A DNA stretch of 64,000 bases. It comes from Minisyncoccia bacterium (GTDB taxonomy: Bacteria > Patescibacteriota > Minisyncoccia > Phycocordibacterales > UBA918). Shown piece by piece: positions 27,208 through 39,300 of the stretch. How positions within the stretch are numbered: position 1 is the stretch's first letter; every line of letters begins with the position of its first letter. Location of the stretch: assembly GCA_046293175.1 (NCBI GenBank), contig JBKBPM010000001.1, positions 363,446 through 427,445 of the forward strand, read 5' to 3'. The position numbers and the translations under genes are program-made. Under the pieces are notes generated by a model, which worked only from the letters and a program-made list of their open reading frames with translations, was not told where the DNA came from and searched no databases.

Positions 27208-28530
27208 TCAGCTTTTGTACGAGACATCAACCCCCTGCGCAATCAGCTTCTCAAAATAGCGCGTCATATCATCAGCCTCACTTTCTGAGAGAGCTAGACC
27301 TTTACTTTTCACACCCTCCATAAGACGAGCGTTGAAGTCTTTCTCTTCTATCACTCCCGTCACACGATCGGCTACCAATTCAACTAGATTTGCATCTTGG
27401 TCTTTACTGAGTTTCATGCGATAGACTTCCAGGAGGTGGTCACGAAGACGTTCAGCTAATTTGTGTTGACTGAAAAATACGCCAGCGTTGTCCTTTTTGG
27501 CGCGGAAACGACGAATGTCATCTGATTGTTCAATTAGCTTTTCACTGCGTTTGGCCATATCCTTGGCCACGTTTTCAGGAATCTCTACTCCACCACGTTC
27601 AAGTGGTAAAACAAGAGCTTTGATAAATGCATCACGGTCAATTTTACCTTTGATAAAAAAGGCTACAGCCCGCTCAAGACGCTGAAGTTGATCAAACGTA
27701 TAGTCCTGAGTCAGGTAGTTTACGAGACTTTTTACACGGAGAGTTTCCACCGAGTCATACGGGAAGAGACGGGCCAGCTGTTCGAGTTCAGTTACAATCG
27801 TCTCACCTTCTCGTACTGGTTTGATTTGTTTTCGCTGTGGGTTAACCACCTCACGAACAATTAAGCCATCTTTGAGATAGTACACCCGATGGGCGTAGGA
27901 GAGGTGGGCCGCGTTGTGGGATACCATAATAATTGTTCGACGATCAAATGTGTTAATTTCGTCAATCTTGTCCATCACTTGCTGTGTTGAAATTGAGTCG
28001 AGGTTACCAGTTGGTTCATCAGCAAGGAGAATTTTTGGGTCATTCACCATACTTCTGGCGACCGATACACGCTGCTGCTGACCCCCCGAAAGCATCGAAG
28101 GGATCTTATGAGAAACGTGACCCACTCCAAAGCGTTCAAGGAGCGATTGGGCACGTCGATTACGCGTCTGCTTGTCTGCATTACAGAAAATCATTGGCAA
28201 GGCGACGTTGTCGAGCACCGAAAGAGAACCAATCAAGTTGAAGGACTGGAAGATAATACCCATCACATAACGTTGAAAGTACACACGTTCCGAGGGTGGA
28301 TAGGAGTAGATATCGTCACCGCGAATGAGGAGTGTCCCATCACCGGGCGGGAGTGAACCTTGAATCGAATACATCAAGGTCGACTTACCAGAACCAGAAG
28401 CACCGAAGAGAATAATGTACTCGCCTTCATAGATATCCGTGTTCACGTTCTGGAGCGCACGAAATTCATTGGACTTGCCCTTATTATAAATAATCGACAA
28501 GTCACGGCACACAATGAGTGGTTTCGCCAT
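27208..28530 (-). CDS. ABC transporter ATP-binding protein (MacB/LolD-like) with an unusual ~215-aa C-terminal extension
   Basis: Walker A GASGSGKST, Q-loop, signature LSGGQQQRVSVAR, Walker B ILLADEPTGNLD and H-loop VSHN lie in residues about 1-225. Residues about 226-440 (IKPVREGETIVTELEQLARLF...LIAQGVDVSYKS) are helical, charged, and have no recognisable family. Confidence 0.9.
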   Translation of the reverse strand: MAKPLIVCRDLSIIYNKGKSNEFRALQNVNTDIYEGEYIILFGASGSGKSTLMYSIQGSLPPGDGTLLIRGDDIYSYPPSERVYFQRYVMGIIFQSFNLIGSLSVLDNVALPMIFCNADKQTRNRRAQSLLERFGVGHVSHKIPSMLSGGQQQRVSVARSMVNDPKILLADEPTGNLDSISTQQVMDKIDEINTFDRRTIIMVSHNAAHLSYAHRVYYLKDGLIVREVVNPQRKQIKPVREGETIVTELEQLARLFPYDSVETLRVKSLVNYLTQDYTFDQLQRLERAVAFFIKGKIDRDAFIKALVLPLERGGVEIPENVAKDMAKRSEKLIEQSDDIRRFRAKKDNAGVFFSQHKLAERLRDHLLEVYRMKLSKDQDANLVELVADRVTGVIEEKDFNARLMEGVKSKGLALSESEADDMTRYFEKLIAQGVDVSYKS

Positions 28531-28559
28531 ACGTTTCTCTATTATGACATATCAGTACA

Positions 28560-28870
28560 AATGCAGTCGTCTCCCCTATCCCCATTAGTCTCCTCTTTAG
28601 GTTCTGAGAAATAAATGTAGTATGCAAGCGAAAGTAAGGTTTCAAAAATCAGTGTAATTCGAGGTGAGAAATGGAAAGGGACCATTTCGCAAGGCTCATT
28701 TAGAATCTTTTGAGTGATAACAAATAAAGAGCCAAATGAGTGGACAGCCTCTGTAAGAGGGGCGAGGAAATTATTGCTGCAAGATTTGAGAGACATGGAC
28801 AAAGGCATTAGGAATAGCCTTTGCTCACGGAAACTCGCCATAGTCGGCTACGGCCTCGTTGGCTCATTCC
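28560..28870. repeat. hairpin-rich intergenic repeat element, copy III (upstream of ABC ATPase gene)
   Basis: ggtgagaaatgg-aaaggga-ccatttc (28668..28688), cctct-gta-agagg (28748..28760), ctgagagacatgga-caaaggc-attaggaata-gcctttg-ctcacggaaactcgccat (hairpin 28800..28823), ...ggctcatt. Confidence 0.7.
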
Positions 28871-30345
28871 TAATTAGTTATATTCTTAACCCAACCAAAA
28901 GTTGATTCGAAGTTCTCGAGAATCAAATCAATAATGTTCTTTTCTTGAATTGGGGTGAAGAGCACGAAGTTTTCAGATTGGATTGTGTTGTTCGCTTCAT
29001 CAGTACAATTAAGCCAGAATTGGTACACGGTGGCTGGCGCAAAGTCGGTAATAACTTCAACATGATTGGTGTTGTACTCAAGCACTTCCTTTTCGAGCAC
29101 AATCGGGTCAACACCACCAGCCACCCCTTCACGATACGTCATGATACACGAAGCTGGTTCGTCGGTATTCCATTCCACAATGGTCTGAATTCGCGACTCA
29201 CCACCAGGGAAAATGGTTGATTCGTTAGTAACATTTGAAATGAGAGGTGCTGAAATATCACGTACGGTAATGAACTGAATTGGCTGACTCCGCACCCGAT
29301 CACCACCAGAGTTTTCTGCAATCACAAAAGCAACATAACGGGTACCAAGAGTAAGATCTGAGAGTCGCATCTGGTGTGTGGTTGCAAGAGTTGGTCGCCC
29401 TACCGAACTTTGTGTTCCCTGTGTCAAATCCTGGTATTCAATGAGCGCTTTGGCGGGCACCGTGGTGTCCCATGCCAACGTAGCGGCATTTTCTTCCACT
29501 TTAACAATTCTGAGGTTACGGATCTCTGGCAAGGCGGCTTTCGTACGAAAGGTGTACGTCCGACTTTCACCGGTAATCTGGTACGAGTCAGTGGAGCGAA
29601 CTTGAAAACTGTATTCTGTGTACGGTTCAAGACCAATAAGTCGAATTTCGTGATCAGTCACAGCACCAGCAGTAGATGACTGTGAAAAATCAAAGTTTGT
29701 ACCATCAAAACCATTTGTTTTTGAGAACCGCACTTCAGAACTCGCTTCGCGGTCGGTTACCCATGAGACTGTAGCTGAAGTTGTCTCAGGTACTACCGTT
29801 GGTGGACCTACAATGGTGAGGTCTTCGGTAATACCGGCAATCGCTTTAATAGTTTCGTTCAAAATCTCCTGCAGTTGTTGAGGGTTTTGAATTTCCTGTA
29901 TTTGCTCAACAATTTCTTGCGGAGTATTGGTTTGACCGGGACCAATACCAGTTCCGGTACCACTATCTGAAGTTGTCTCACTTTCTACTTCAATTTTGTA
30001 GTCAGCAGAGATACCCTGATTACCCTCAGCATCAGCTGAAATCACTCGGAAATAGTACGTTCGTCCCGGTTCTAAACTTTCAAGCGTCACCGAATGACTG
30101 GTACGATTAGCAACTGGCACACGCACCACACCCAGATCTGGGTTCAAGCTATAATTTACTGCTGAATCAGCATTTTCACTGGTCTTCCAAGTAATTGTCA
30201 CTGAGGTGTCAGTTGAAGAAGCTACTTTTACTTCGGTAATTTCTGGCGCTTTGGTGTCGTTAGTCTGAGCAATCACCAGTACAGTCGGCCATACTAAAAG
30301 CGCCATTACGAGGAACAATGCCAAAATATTCCGAGACATAATCAT
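28870..30345 (-). CDS. secreted protein with four FN3-like (purple-acid-phosphatase-N-like) domains
   Basis: 491 aa with a signal peptide (ILALFLVMALLVWPTVLVIAQT). Four ~100-aa repeats each end in Y.F.V-type motifs (RTYYFRVISADAEGN, TEYSFQVRSTDSYQ, TRYVAFVIAENSGGD, TVYQFWLNCTDEANN). No C-terminal anchor. Confidence 0.7.
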   Translation of the reverse strand: MIMSRNILALFLVMALLVWPTVLVIAQTNDTKAPEITEVKVASSTDTSVTITWKTSENADSAVNYSLNPDLGVVRVPVANRTSHSVTLESLEPGRTYYFRVISADAEGNQGISADYKIEVESETTSDSGTGTGIGPGQTNTPQEIVEQIQEIQNPQQLQEILNETIKAIAGITEDLTIVGPPTVVPETTSATVSWVTDREASSEVRFSKTNGFDGTNFDFSQSSTAGAVTDHEIRLIGLEPYTEYSFQVRSTDSYQITGESRTYTFRTKAALPEIRNLRIVKVEENAATLAWDTTVPAKALIEYQDLTQGTQSSVGRPTLATTHQMRLSDLTLGTRYVAFVIAENSGGDRVRSQPIQFITVRDISAPLISNVTNESTIFPGGESRIQTIVEWNTDEPASCIMTYREGVAGGVDPIVLEKEVLEYNTNHVEVITDFAPATVYQFWLNCTDEANNTIQSENFVLFTPIQEKNIIDLILENFESTFGWVKNITN

Positions 30346-30371
30346 AAAATCATAAACAGTATACCACTTTA

Positions 30372-33300
30372 CTACGGTGACACCGGAGTAAAGACGTTGA
30401 TACCAGCGTGAGGTGCACTATTGACCCCAAACGGAACCTCAATACCCCAATAGATATTTGTGGTAACCGCTGGTGATGGTACCGTTGGCTTGGCAAGGTT
30501 AACATCTAGTGTCACCGGTGTTGATGATGACAAGAGTGAACAAACCGAACAGCCAGCGTACGTGAAGGTACTGGTGGCAAATTTTTGCTGATTTGCTGGA
30601 ATAATTGAGCTGCTACCGTCACTGAGGTCTGTTCCTTCGACTTCGATGTCAAAGGCGACGTTACCAGTGTTTGCAATGGTGGTAGTTGGGTTGTACGAAC
30701 CAGTGTTGTCCTGTGGTGCAAGTGATCCGTAATTGATACCAGAGTCAACGCTTAGGGCGCGCACGGTGTAAAGCTCAACACCAGCAGGTGGTGTGGCCAT
30801 ATCATATCCACCACTCGTATCACTCACCTCAAGGTACGCCAACCAAGTGTCACCGTTATCGTCGGTTGCTTCAGCGTGGAAGAAGATGTCGGCATAACAC
30901 TCAAAGGTACAGGTGTTGCCACTACAATTGGTAAATGAACACTTATTACCAATTGTCGAAACATAACAGTTGTTGTTGTTTGGCGTACAACTTGGACCAA
31001 CGCTACTTCGATAGATGGTACTTGTTCCATTTACCAAGTCAGCCACCCCATTAAAGTCAGTCACCGTACCAGTCGCATAGACTCGAGTAGTAGTACCTGG
31101 TAAGAGAGAGATATCAAACCCGTTGTTAAGTGCCACCGTACCGAAAGTTGGATCAAATTGGAGTCCAAGCTCAGCGACTTCGCCATAGAAATCAATTGGT
31201 GTTGCATCATTAACCACACGGAAACAGTAATTGTCGGTAGCGTTGAGGGTTGGGGTGATGACGTACTCAAGTTCGGTATAGTTATCGGCCGGCACCGTCA
31301 GTGCGCTCGACATATTTGATGGACTTTCAACTACCATACCTGGTGTAAACTGACCATTAATAGTCGTCAGTAAGTCAGTGGTTGGTGCCCCATCAGTAAC
31401 CTGAGTTGAAGTCTGCATACAGATTGGTGAAGAGCCACAGGAAGCTTGATTTGGTACTGCCACATAACTGCCGCTTGATACCGCTTCGCAACTCGGTGAA
31501 GTGCCTTTTGCTGCATATTGGAGTCGGTACGTTTGTCCAGTAACCGTCAATCCAGAATTTTCGATACCGATACGGAGACGACGTGTCACACCAGGGAGCC
31601 CACTGCCCAGAGCATTTTCTGCAGAAAGCCAGGTGGCTCCGCCATAGGTTTGTTTGGCACCAAATGTAATTCCTGGATTGATTGGACCGCGATCACTGAC
31701 ATGATAACTATCCCAGGCACCATTTTGCACCCAGAAGGTGAAGCCCATGCCACCGCTGGTGTACGAACTATCGGTAGCTGATGTGGTGGCAACGAGCGTA
31801 CCTGAAGGGTTATAAAGGTACACATCAATACGGTTGTTGGTTTGCCAATCGATTTCCACTTGGTACCAGCCTGTTGTGTAGGTCACCGTGGTAGAAGCCA
31901 AACGAGTACCAGAGATATCGTTGTCAGTCACATTCTTTGAGAGTGAAAGACGATCGGTACCAAAGAGCTCAAGACAGACCGCGTAGTTGTTGTTGGCAGT
32001 ACCTGGTGTCTGTACCCCAAAGAGCGCACAACCTTCATCAGCCGCGCCACCAGATATGTCAACGTACTGTCGATACCGGATAATCTGTCCTTGCGCGGTG
32101 AGGTTACCGGTACGGAAGATACCATCAGTCGTTCGACCTGATTTGTTTTGGGCTTCAAGGGCATAAGCACCACCATAGACTGGTGTTGTATCAGTTTGGA
32201 AGAGGCTTGTATCACCACTGTATTCAGTAATATTATTATCTTCAAAGTCATCACTGAAACTAAAAGTATTGGCAGCCGAACTTGAACTGGTTGAACTCGC
32301 ATTACCAAAGTACATAAAGAGATTAGTGTACGCATTTGGAGCTAGACTTGGTACTTCTACCCACACCACTGCTTCGGTACTGGCGACATACCGATCCACC
32401 CAGAAATCAAGTGGGGTAAGACCATCGCTACTGGTGAATCGGAGATCATCGAAGTCGGACTGCATCGCACTATCATACGGCACGGTGACGCGTACAGTTG
32501 TCGTTGCAAAGGTTGTTGCCGTAGTGTTTTCGACACGTACTCGCTCACGGTAAGTCCAAGCAAAGTTATACCACTCAGAATTTGGTGCCCCTTCTCCCCC
32601 ATCATCGGCTCGCCAACGAGAACTGGTTTGTGAGGTCAAGAGACAACCACTGTCATCAAAGCGAATCGCTCCACAGAGGCCACCAATGTCACTGTCAAAG
32701 GCTTCCCCGCCAATATTGCCGTAGTTACCACTAAAGCGCCACGCATTGGTCGTACTTCCCACCAAGGCTACGTTTGTACCGGTCCAACTATTACCAGCAT
32801 TAAAGCCAACGGCGGTAAAGATCTTTGAAGCGTTCGCATTTAATGCAGTGTCAGTAAGACTAATTAACGTACCACCATTTACCGCGAGATTGTAGTACGC
32901 ATTACTGAGATTGGTGATAGTGGGCGCGTTACTGAAGGAGAGACCACTACTATTAAGCGCATCAAAGCGGTAGTACTGGGCGTTAAATGTTCCGCCAGTA
33001 ACAAGGAATGCGTGGGTACCAGTACTGATAGCCCCAATGGTAGTACTTGCGCTCGCAGCACCGAGGATAGCGAGACTGCCGCTTTGTACCGTGGTGGTAC
33101 TATTTTGTGCCATGCGGACAGTCACCGCACGCTGACTCGGTCCGACCAGTGCAGCACCATCAAAGTCCGTACTGTATGACCAGTATTCACTGGTGGTGGC
33201 AACCGTAAAGTCGCCGTAGATATTAAGTGTACCATCAACAGCTCCATGATCCTGTGAGTAGAGTGAAGCTCCGGTACCAAGCGTCGTAGTAGCCACCGTA

Positions 33301-36300
33301 CTATTCCACAACCGAAGATCAGCCGAACTAATCGCCAAGGTAGCGTAATCATCTCCTCCAGCAGACTTCGTATTAATTGTGTACGGAGCACTATTCGTGA
33401 GACTGATGATGGTATTAATCCAAGTGGTAGCGCCACCACCAACCAAGTTCGTGAATACGCCACCAATGCTCAGTGTGGTACCAGCTTCCTTTGTAAACGA
33501 CGACGCGGTGGTCAACGTGACATTATTGGTAGTTGTTGCATTACCCTGCCAAGTCCAACCACCTGAAGCACTGGCAAACTGGACGTTATAGAACGGACTG
33601 GTACTCGCATTAATGGTCTTGCCACTAGCGGTTGCATTAAAGAGGACAGTACCAGAGGCATGATCAAACGTACCACCGGTAACAAGGAACGAACCGCCAA
33701 CTGAAAGTGTATTGGTAGCTGAGATGAATGCGCCAGCACTGATGACCACATCATCACGGAAGGTGGCCGAAGCATCGGTGATAGTGATGGTGCCAACCCC
33801 CGTCTTTCGGAGAGCAAATAAATCTGATCCACGGGTGGTGATTGAAGCGTCAGCGGCACTCGTCATATAGAGATCAGCAGTGTTATGCGTCACGGTACCA
33901 CTGGCGTTGGTGAATGATCCACCGACAGCCAGTGCACCACTTGGGAGCGTGACCGTACCGGTATTGCTGATGACGAAGCTACCAGTTGTAGTTGCATTTG
34001 TATCGGTCATACTCCAACTACCAGCAGCACCCGTAAAATACAAAGCTGGTACTGTTGCGTCATCAAAGCGTACGATGTTGCCGGTTGATGAACTCACGAA
34101 GGCCAATCCAGTGCCGGGCATTGAGAAGCTACCGCCAGTAGCGTTAAACGAAGCCCCTATGGTGGTAGTACCACTACCAAAGGTTACCGCACCAGCGCTT
34201 TGGGTAAATGATCGGGTTGTTGTAAAGGTAGCATCAGTCACTGTCCAGGAACCACTTCCAGTAAAGGCTACGTTGTAGAATGGGCCACCGTTTACATCGA
34301 TTGTACGACCCGCTCCGGTGGTGGTGAACGTAGTGGTTGACTGACCGGCGATGAAGATCGCTCCCGGACCAAAGATGAAACTACCGCCAATACTATGGGT
34401 TTCAGTACCCAAGGCGCGCCACGTAGCATTCGCTTGCGCTTCGAGTGTACCGTCTTGCGCTCCGCCACCACCCCCACCACTTAAGGTGACATTACCGTTT
34501 GGTTCAAAGGTTTTACCAGACCAAATGAGGAGCTTTTGGTCTGCTGGCAACGTCAAGGTATCACTACCTGCATCAACTGCGGTAAAGAGAATATCACCAT
34601 CATCTGAACTGTCCCAGACTGCCATATCAGCAATTGAGAGTGGACTGGTATTTTCGTGTCGAACAATGACACGATTTTCATACAGATGCATGTTACTGAT
34701 CGATGAAATCGGATCAGCACTGACTGTTACTGCTTTCCGAATATTGTTGTCAATATATACCGTAAGGGTGTCAGCCGGACTAAAAGCTACGTTTGAAATA
34801 CTGTACGCACCAGTACCTGGATCACATGAGGCAGTATACGTAGTCAGTCCAGCAACGCGCAGGAGGATATTTTGAGTTACTCCGTCACAGACCGGAGAAA
34901 CGGTTACCCCTTCATCACTGTAGACGTTACCCGAAACGGTGATCAGAGCAGCTGAATCGTCCCATACAATATAACCTGGATCACCAGCTGGATCATTATC
35001 ATAAGCTTCTCCATCAATTGAACCAATGTGGTTTGTGAAGCGCCATGAACTGACAGCAGTACCGGTAGCAGTCACGTTTGTAGCCGCACTTACACCTGAT
35101 GAAGTCGCGAAGCTGTTATTGGTGAAGTTCTTGGCTGGGTTGTTGTTGAGAACGGTCGCGCCAACGGTTATACCAGTACCACTGTTAGCTGCTACCTCGA
35201 TATCAACCCGTGAGAAATCTGTAACGGTTGGTATACCAGTAAAGACAATACCGGTTGAAGTAGCATTACGAATGGTGGCGTAGTTCCAGTTGGTTGTTCC
35301 ACTGCCGCCAATCGTCACATTGTAGGTACCAGACCCTTGATTGTTGATCGAGGTTGAAGCATTGGCGGCACCAACAACAGAGAGACTACCACCGAGGAGA
35401 TTGTAGCTGGCTCCTGAGGCAAAAGCTACAGTCACTACTCGTTCACTACCAGTCAGTGAAGCACCATCAAAATCGGTGGCATAACTCCAGTAATCACTGG
35501 CAGTGGTTTCGGTAAAGGTACCGTAAATATGAAGGAGGCCATTGGTATTATTGTGATCTTGTGAGTAGATACCACCAAGCGCATTGTAGGTGGTAGCACT
35601 ACTATTCCAGAGGCGGATACGAGTATCACTTGCTACCGAAAGAGTACTGTAGGTATCAGCCGTAGTCTTTTGGTTGACTGCAATATTACCACCACCATAG
35701 AAGTAGAGGGTGCCTGGGAAATCGGTAGCAGCGCCTCCGAGCTGATTTTCAAAGACACCTGCAACCGCTAACGTGGTCCCTGTGGCAACTCTAAAGAGAC
35801 TATGGTTTTGGAGGATAAAGCTTTGGGTTGACGTCGCTGACTCGGTCACCGTAAAGGATCCAGTACCATTGATACGAGTGCGAGCAAGTGGTGAGTTACC
35901 CATCGCAATAGTATGTGTACCGCTACCGGTAAAGGCGACCACGCCACCATTGGCAAGTACTGTACCATTAGCATCAATGCTGCCAGCGATAGTGGTAGTC
36001 GCCGTATCACTAAGACTGAGGGTGGACGCAGTTGCCACAAAGACATCGCCAGACACCGTCAGTACTGGATCTGATTGATTGGTCGTAAAGGTTGAAGACG
36101 CGGTACCGTTACCAATCGTCAGGTTGCGGTTTACCAAGATACCGACACCACTGGTCGTGAAGGTTGAACTACCAACAGTTGTACCAATCGCTAAGTCGTA
36201 GTAGGTCGTACCAAGTACGGTGGCATTTGCACCACTATAGGTAACGAGACCTGTACCTGATCGATAGGTTCCGGCTACTGAAAAGACAGTTCCACTACCG

Positions 36301-39300
36301 GTTAGATTAATAGCGGTTGCACCAACATCATACACGTGAGCTGCACTGACCGTCAGTCGGCCACTAACCGTAGTCGTAGCAGCTGAGGCTGGAGTTGTGG
36401 TACCGGCCATCGAACCATTACCGAGCACGAGATTTGCAAAGGTCCATGGTGTAGTGCCGCCGAGAGTATTAGTACGAGCAATGGTGGTAGTCCCAGCTCC
36501 AAGTGACAACGTACCGTTACCGGTGAGCTGACCATTGAGGAGTGAGATGTTGTTGGTGCCCGTCACCGTACCAGCAGTAATAGTCATGTCACCAGTAAGA
36601 CTCAGTGGTGCGGTGATGTTCCAGGCTCCGCCAACGCCAGTAAACGATAGGTTGTGGAAGTTTTGGGTAGCAGCGGCCGTAATACTCTTACCGGTAGTTG
36701 TTGCCGTAAAGACAAACGTCGAAGAGGCAGCGGTGATAGTGGCATTGGTACCAACAACGAGTCGTCCTGAGAGACTATGGGTATCAGTGCCAGCGGCGAC
36801 GAACTGTGAAGAAGTGGCGAGGGTGAGGCTGCCTTCAAAGGCACTACTTGACGCGTTACCGGCAAGCGTCACAGGGCCACCAGGGGTAAAGGTGGTACTC
36901 GCCCACACAAAGAGACCGTTGTTTGCAAATACAGTGAGCGAGGTCGACGGTGTAGTGGTCGCAGTAAAGCGCAAGTCAGTATCAGACGCGGTGTTAAAGA
37001 GGGTCAAATCAGCAATTGAAAGCGGCACAGCTCCTTCATGGCGAGTAATGAGCTGGTAAGCATACACATCAAAGTTGGTGATATCAGTAGTTGGTGTCTT
37101 CGTGACAGCTGCACCTGTAACACCACCATTGGTGTTGAGGTAGACGGTAATCTTCGGGTCACCAATAAAGGCGACGTTACTGAAACTGTATGCACCAGTT
37201 GCCGCATTACATGATGTTTGTGCAGTATAACTGCCGCTGTTCACAACCACCCGAACATTTGGTGTTACTCCATCACAAACTGGTGCACCCAGTGCGGCTG
37301 AACCATCGCTGCGTAATACCCGACCAGAAACAGTAATCAAGTATGAACTATCGTCAAAGCGAATGGCACCGGGGTTGGTATCCCCTCCATCAAACGCTTC
37401 ACCGTAAAGATTGCCAGTTCCCTCCTTAAACCAAACGAAGCTGGTTGATGTACCGGTAAAGGTGACGTTACTGCCTGTACCAGCTGTGGTCGTCGCAAAG
37501 GCAACCCGCAAGAACTGCTTGGCTGGGTTGGTGTTCACGGTGGTGCCATCAATGCGAAGACCTGAGGTGCCAGGCGTCACCTCGACATACCCATCATCAA
37601 ATTGTGACAAGGTCGTTGAACCTAGGAGTCCAAAGCCAGCGGGACCGGTACTAGCAACACTGAAGTTACGAGCGGTGACAATTGAGTTGGTGGCATTAAG
37701 TGAGAATGAGCCAGTGAGTGCAGCGACGGTGGTGGTAGCTGAAGTGGTACCGGTAAGGTTAAGCGAAGCTGCGGTGAAGCCAATACTTGAACCACTTGCC
37801 ACCCGCACGTCAACCTGCCGAGGACTACCAAGTACCGTACCATCAAAGTCAGTGGCGTACGCCCAATGTTCAGTGCCGGTACTGCGAATGTAATTACCAT
37901 AGATATTGAGGTCACCATCAACTCCAGCATGATCTTGTGAGTAAATTGAACCAGTACCATTGGTGGTATACGTTGCAGCTGATGAATTCCACATCGCCAC
38001 ATCGGTGTCGCCGTCAACGAAGAGTGTGCCGTAGACATCTCCCGAGAAAGTCTTTGCGTGCATACTATGATCCCCACCAATGAGACGGAGGATTGAACCA
38101 GTCCAAGTCGTTGAGGTGCCGGACATGGTTTGCGAGAATGTACCTGAAGCAGTCAGCGAGATACCACTGTTTAGGGTGAACTGGGTGGCGGTTATAAGAT
38201 TAATGGCCACGGTTGATGTTGCCGCTTCAGTGATCGTGAAGTCTCCCCCCGCACTATTAAATTCAAGTGTCGCAAAGTTTGAATTACCAGCAGCAATAGT
38301 TTCTGCTCCAGCGATTGAATTAAAGCGAACAGTACCGCTGGCATTGAAGAAGGTAGCGTTGTTATCAAATGATCCTCCTACACTCAAGACTCCTGTTGGG
38401 AAGGTTGTATCTCCTCCAGTATCAAGCACAAAGTTACCTAAGATAGTGGCATTGGTATCTGTAAAGGTACGAGCAAATCGTGCTTGACTACTACTTGTTG
38501 CGTAGAACGTACTCGCACTGATCTGATTGTTATATTCAGTGGTCAACCAGCCGTTTGTACGAGCCACATTAGACAGACGAATTTCATCAATGATGCCCGA
38601 GAAGAAGCGACCACCAGCATCATCTTGCCCAAACTTGAGATCGTTGATGGTTGAAGAGGCATGGGTAGTACTATTACTACTACTAGCTGAACCAGAAGTA
38701 GCAAAACGATAGATAGTAGCGGTGGTTGGATTGACCACCAGGGCAGCCATAAACCACTGATTTTGAAGATAGGTTGGTGCCCCATTCCAGCCATAGGTGG
38801 CAACCGTATCGTTCCAGTGGTACCCAAGGTTTCCAGCCGTACCGTTAATACCAAGACCGGTGGTTACCGCACCACGAGAGAAAACCACACCATCGTATGC
38901 ACTCTGTGCTCCGTTTGGACGCATCCACACCGACCAGGTAGATGTCGCCATCGAAGCCGCAAAAGTAGTCTGAATAAACTCGTTCGTACCATCAATACTT
39001 TGACCTCGACCCACCTGTGCAGTCACTCGGTCACCCACCTCCATATTATTACTCGTACCGGTGGTACTACCCGTACTACCAACATACTGTGGGGCAGAGG
39101 CAGTTGGGCTTTCATCCAAGTGATAAACCGCGAGATATCCATTGGTCCAAACATTATTGCGACCAAATGGATCTGTTACAGCATAAGCACTAGCAGCACT
39201 GTTGCCGTAGTAAATATAGAAAGTGGTGTTCGTAACATTACTAATAGTTGGCGCTTTGAAGTGTAACTCGCCACTTAGTGAACCAGTGTTTATGCTCACA

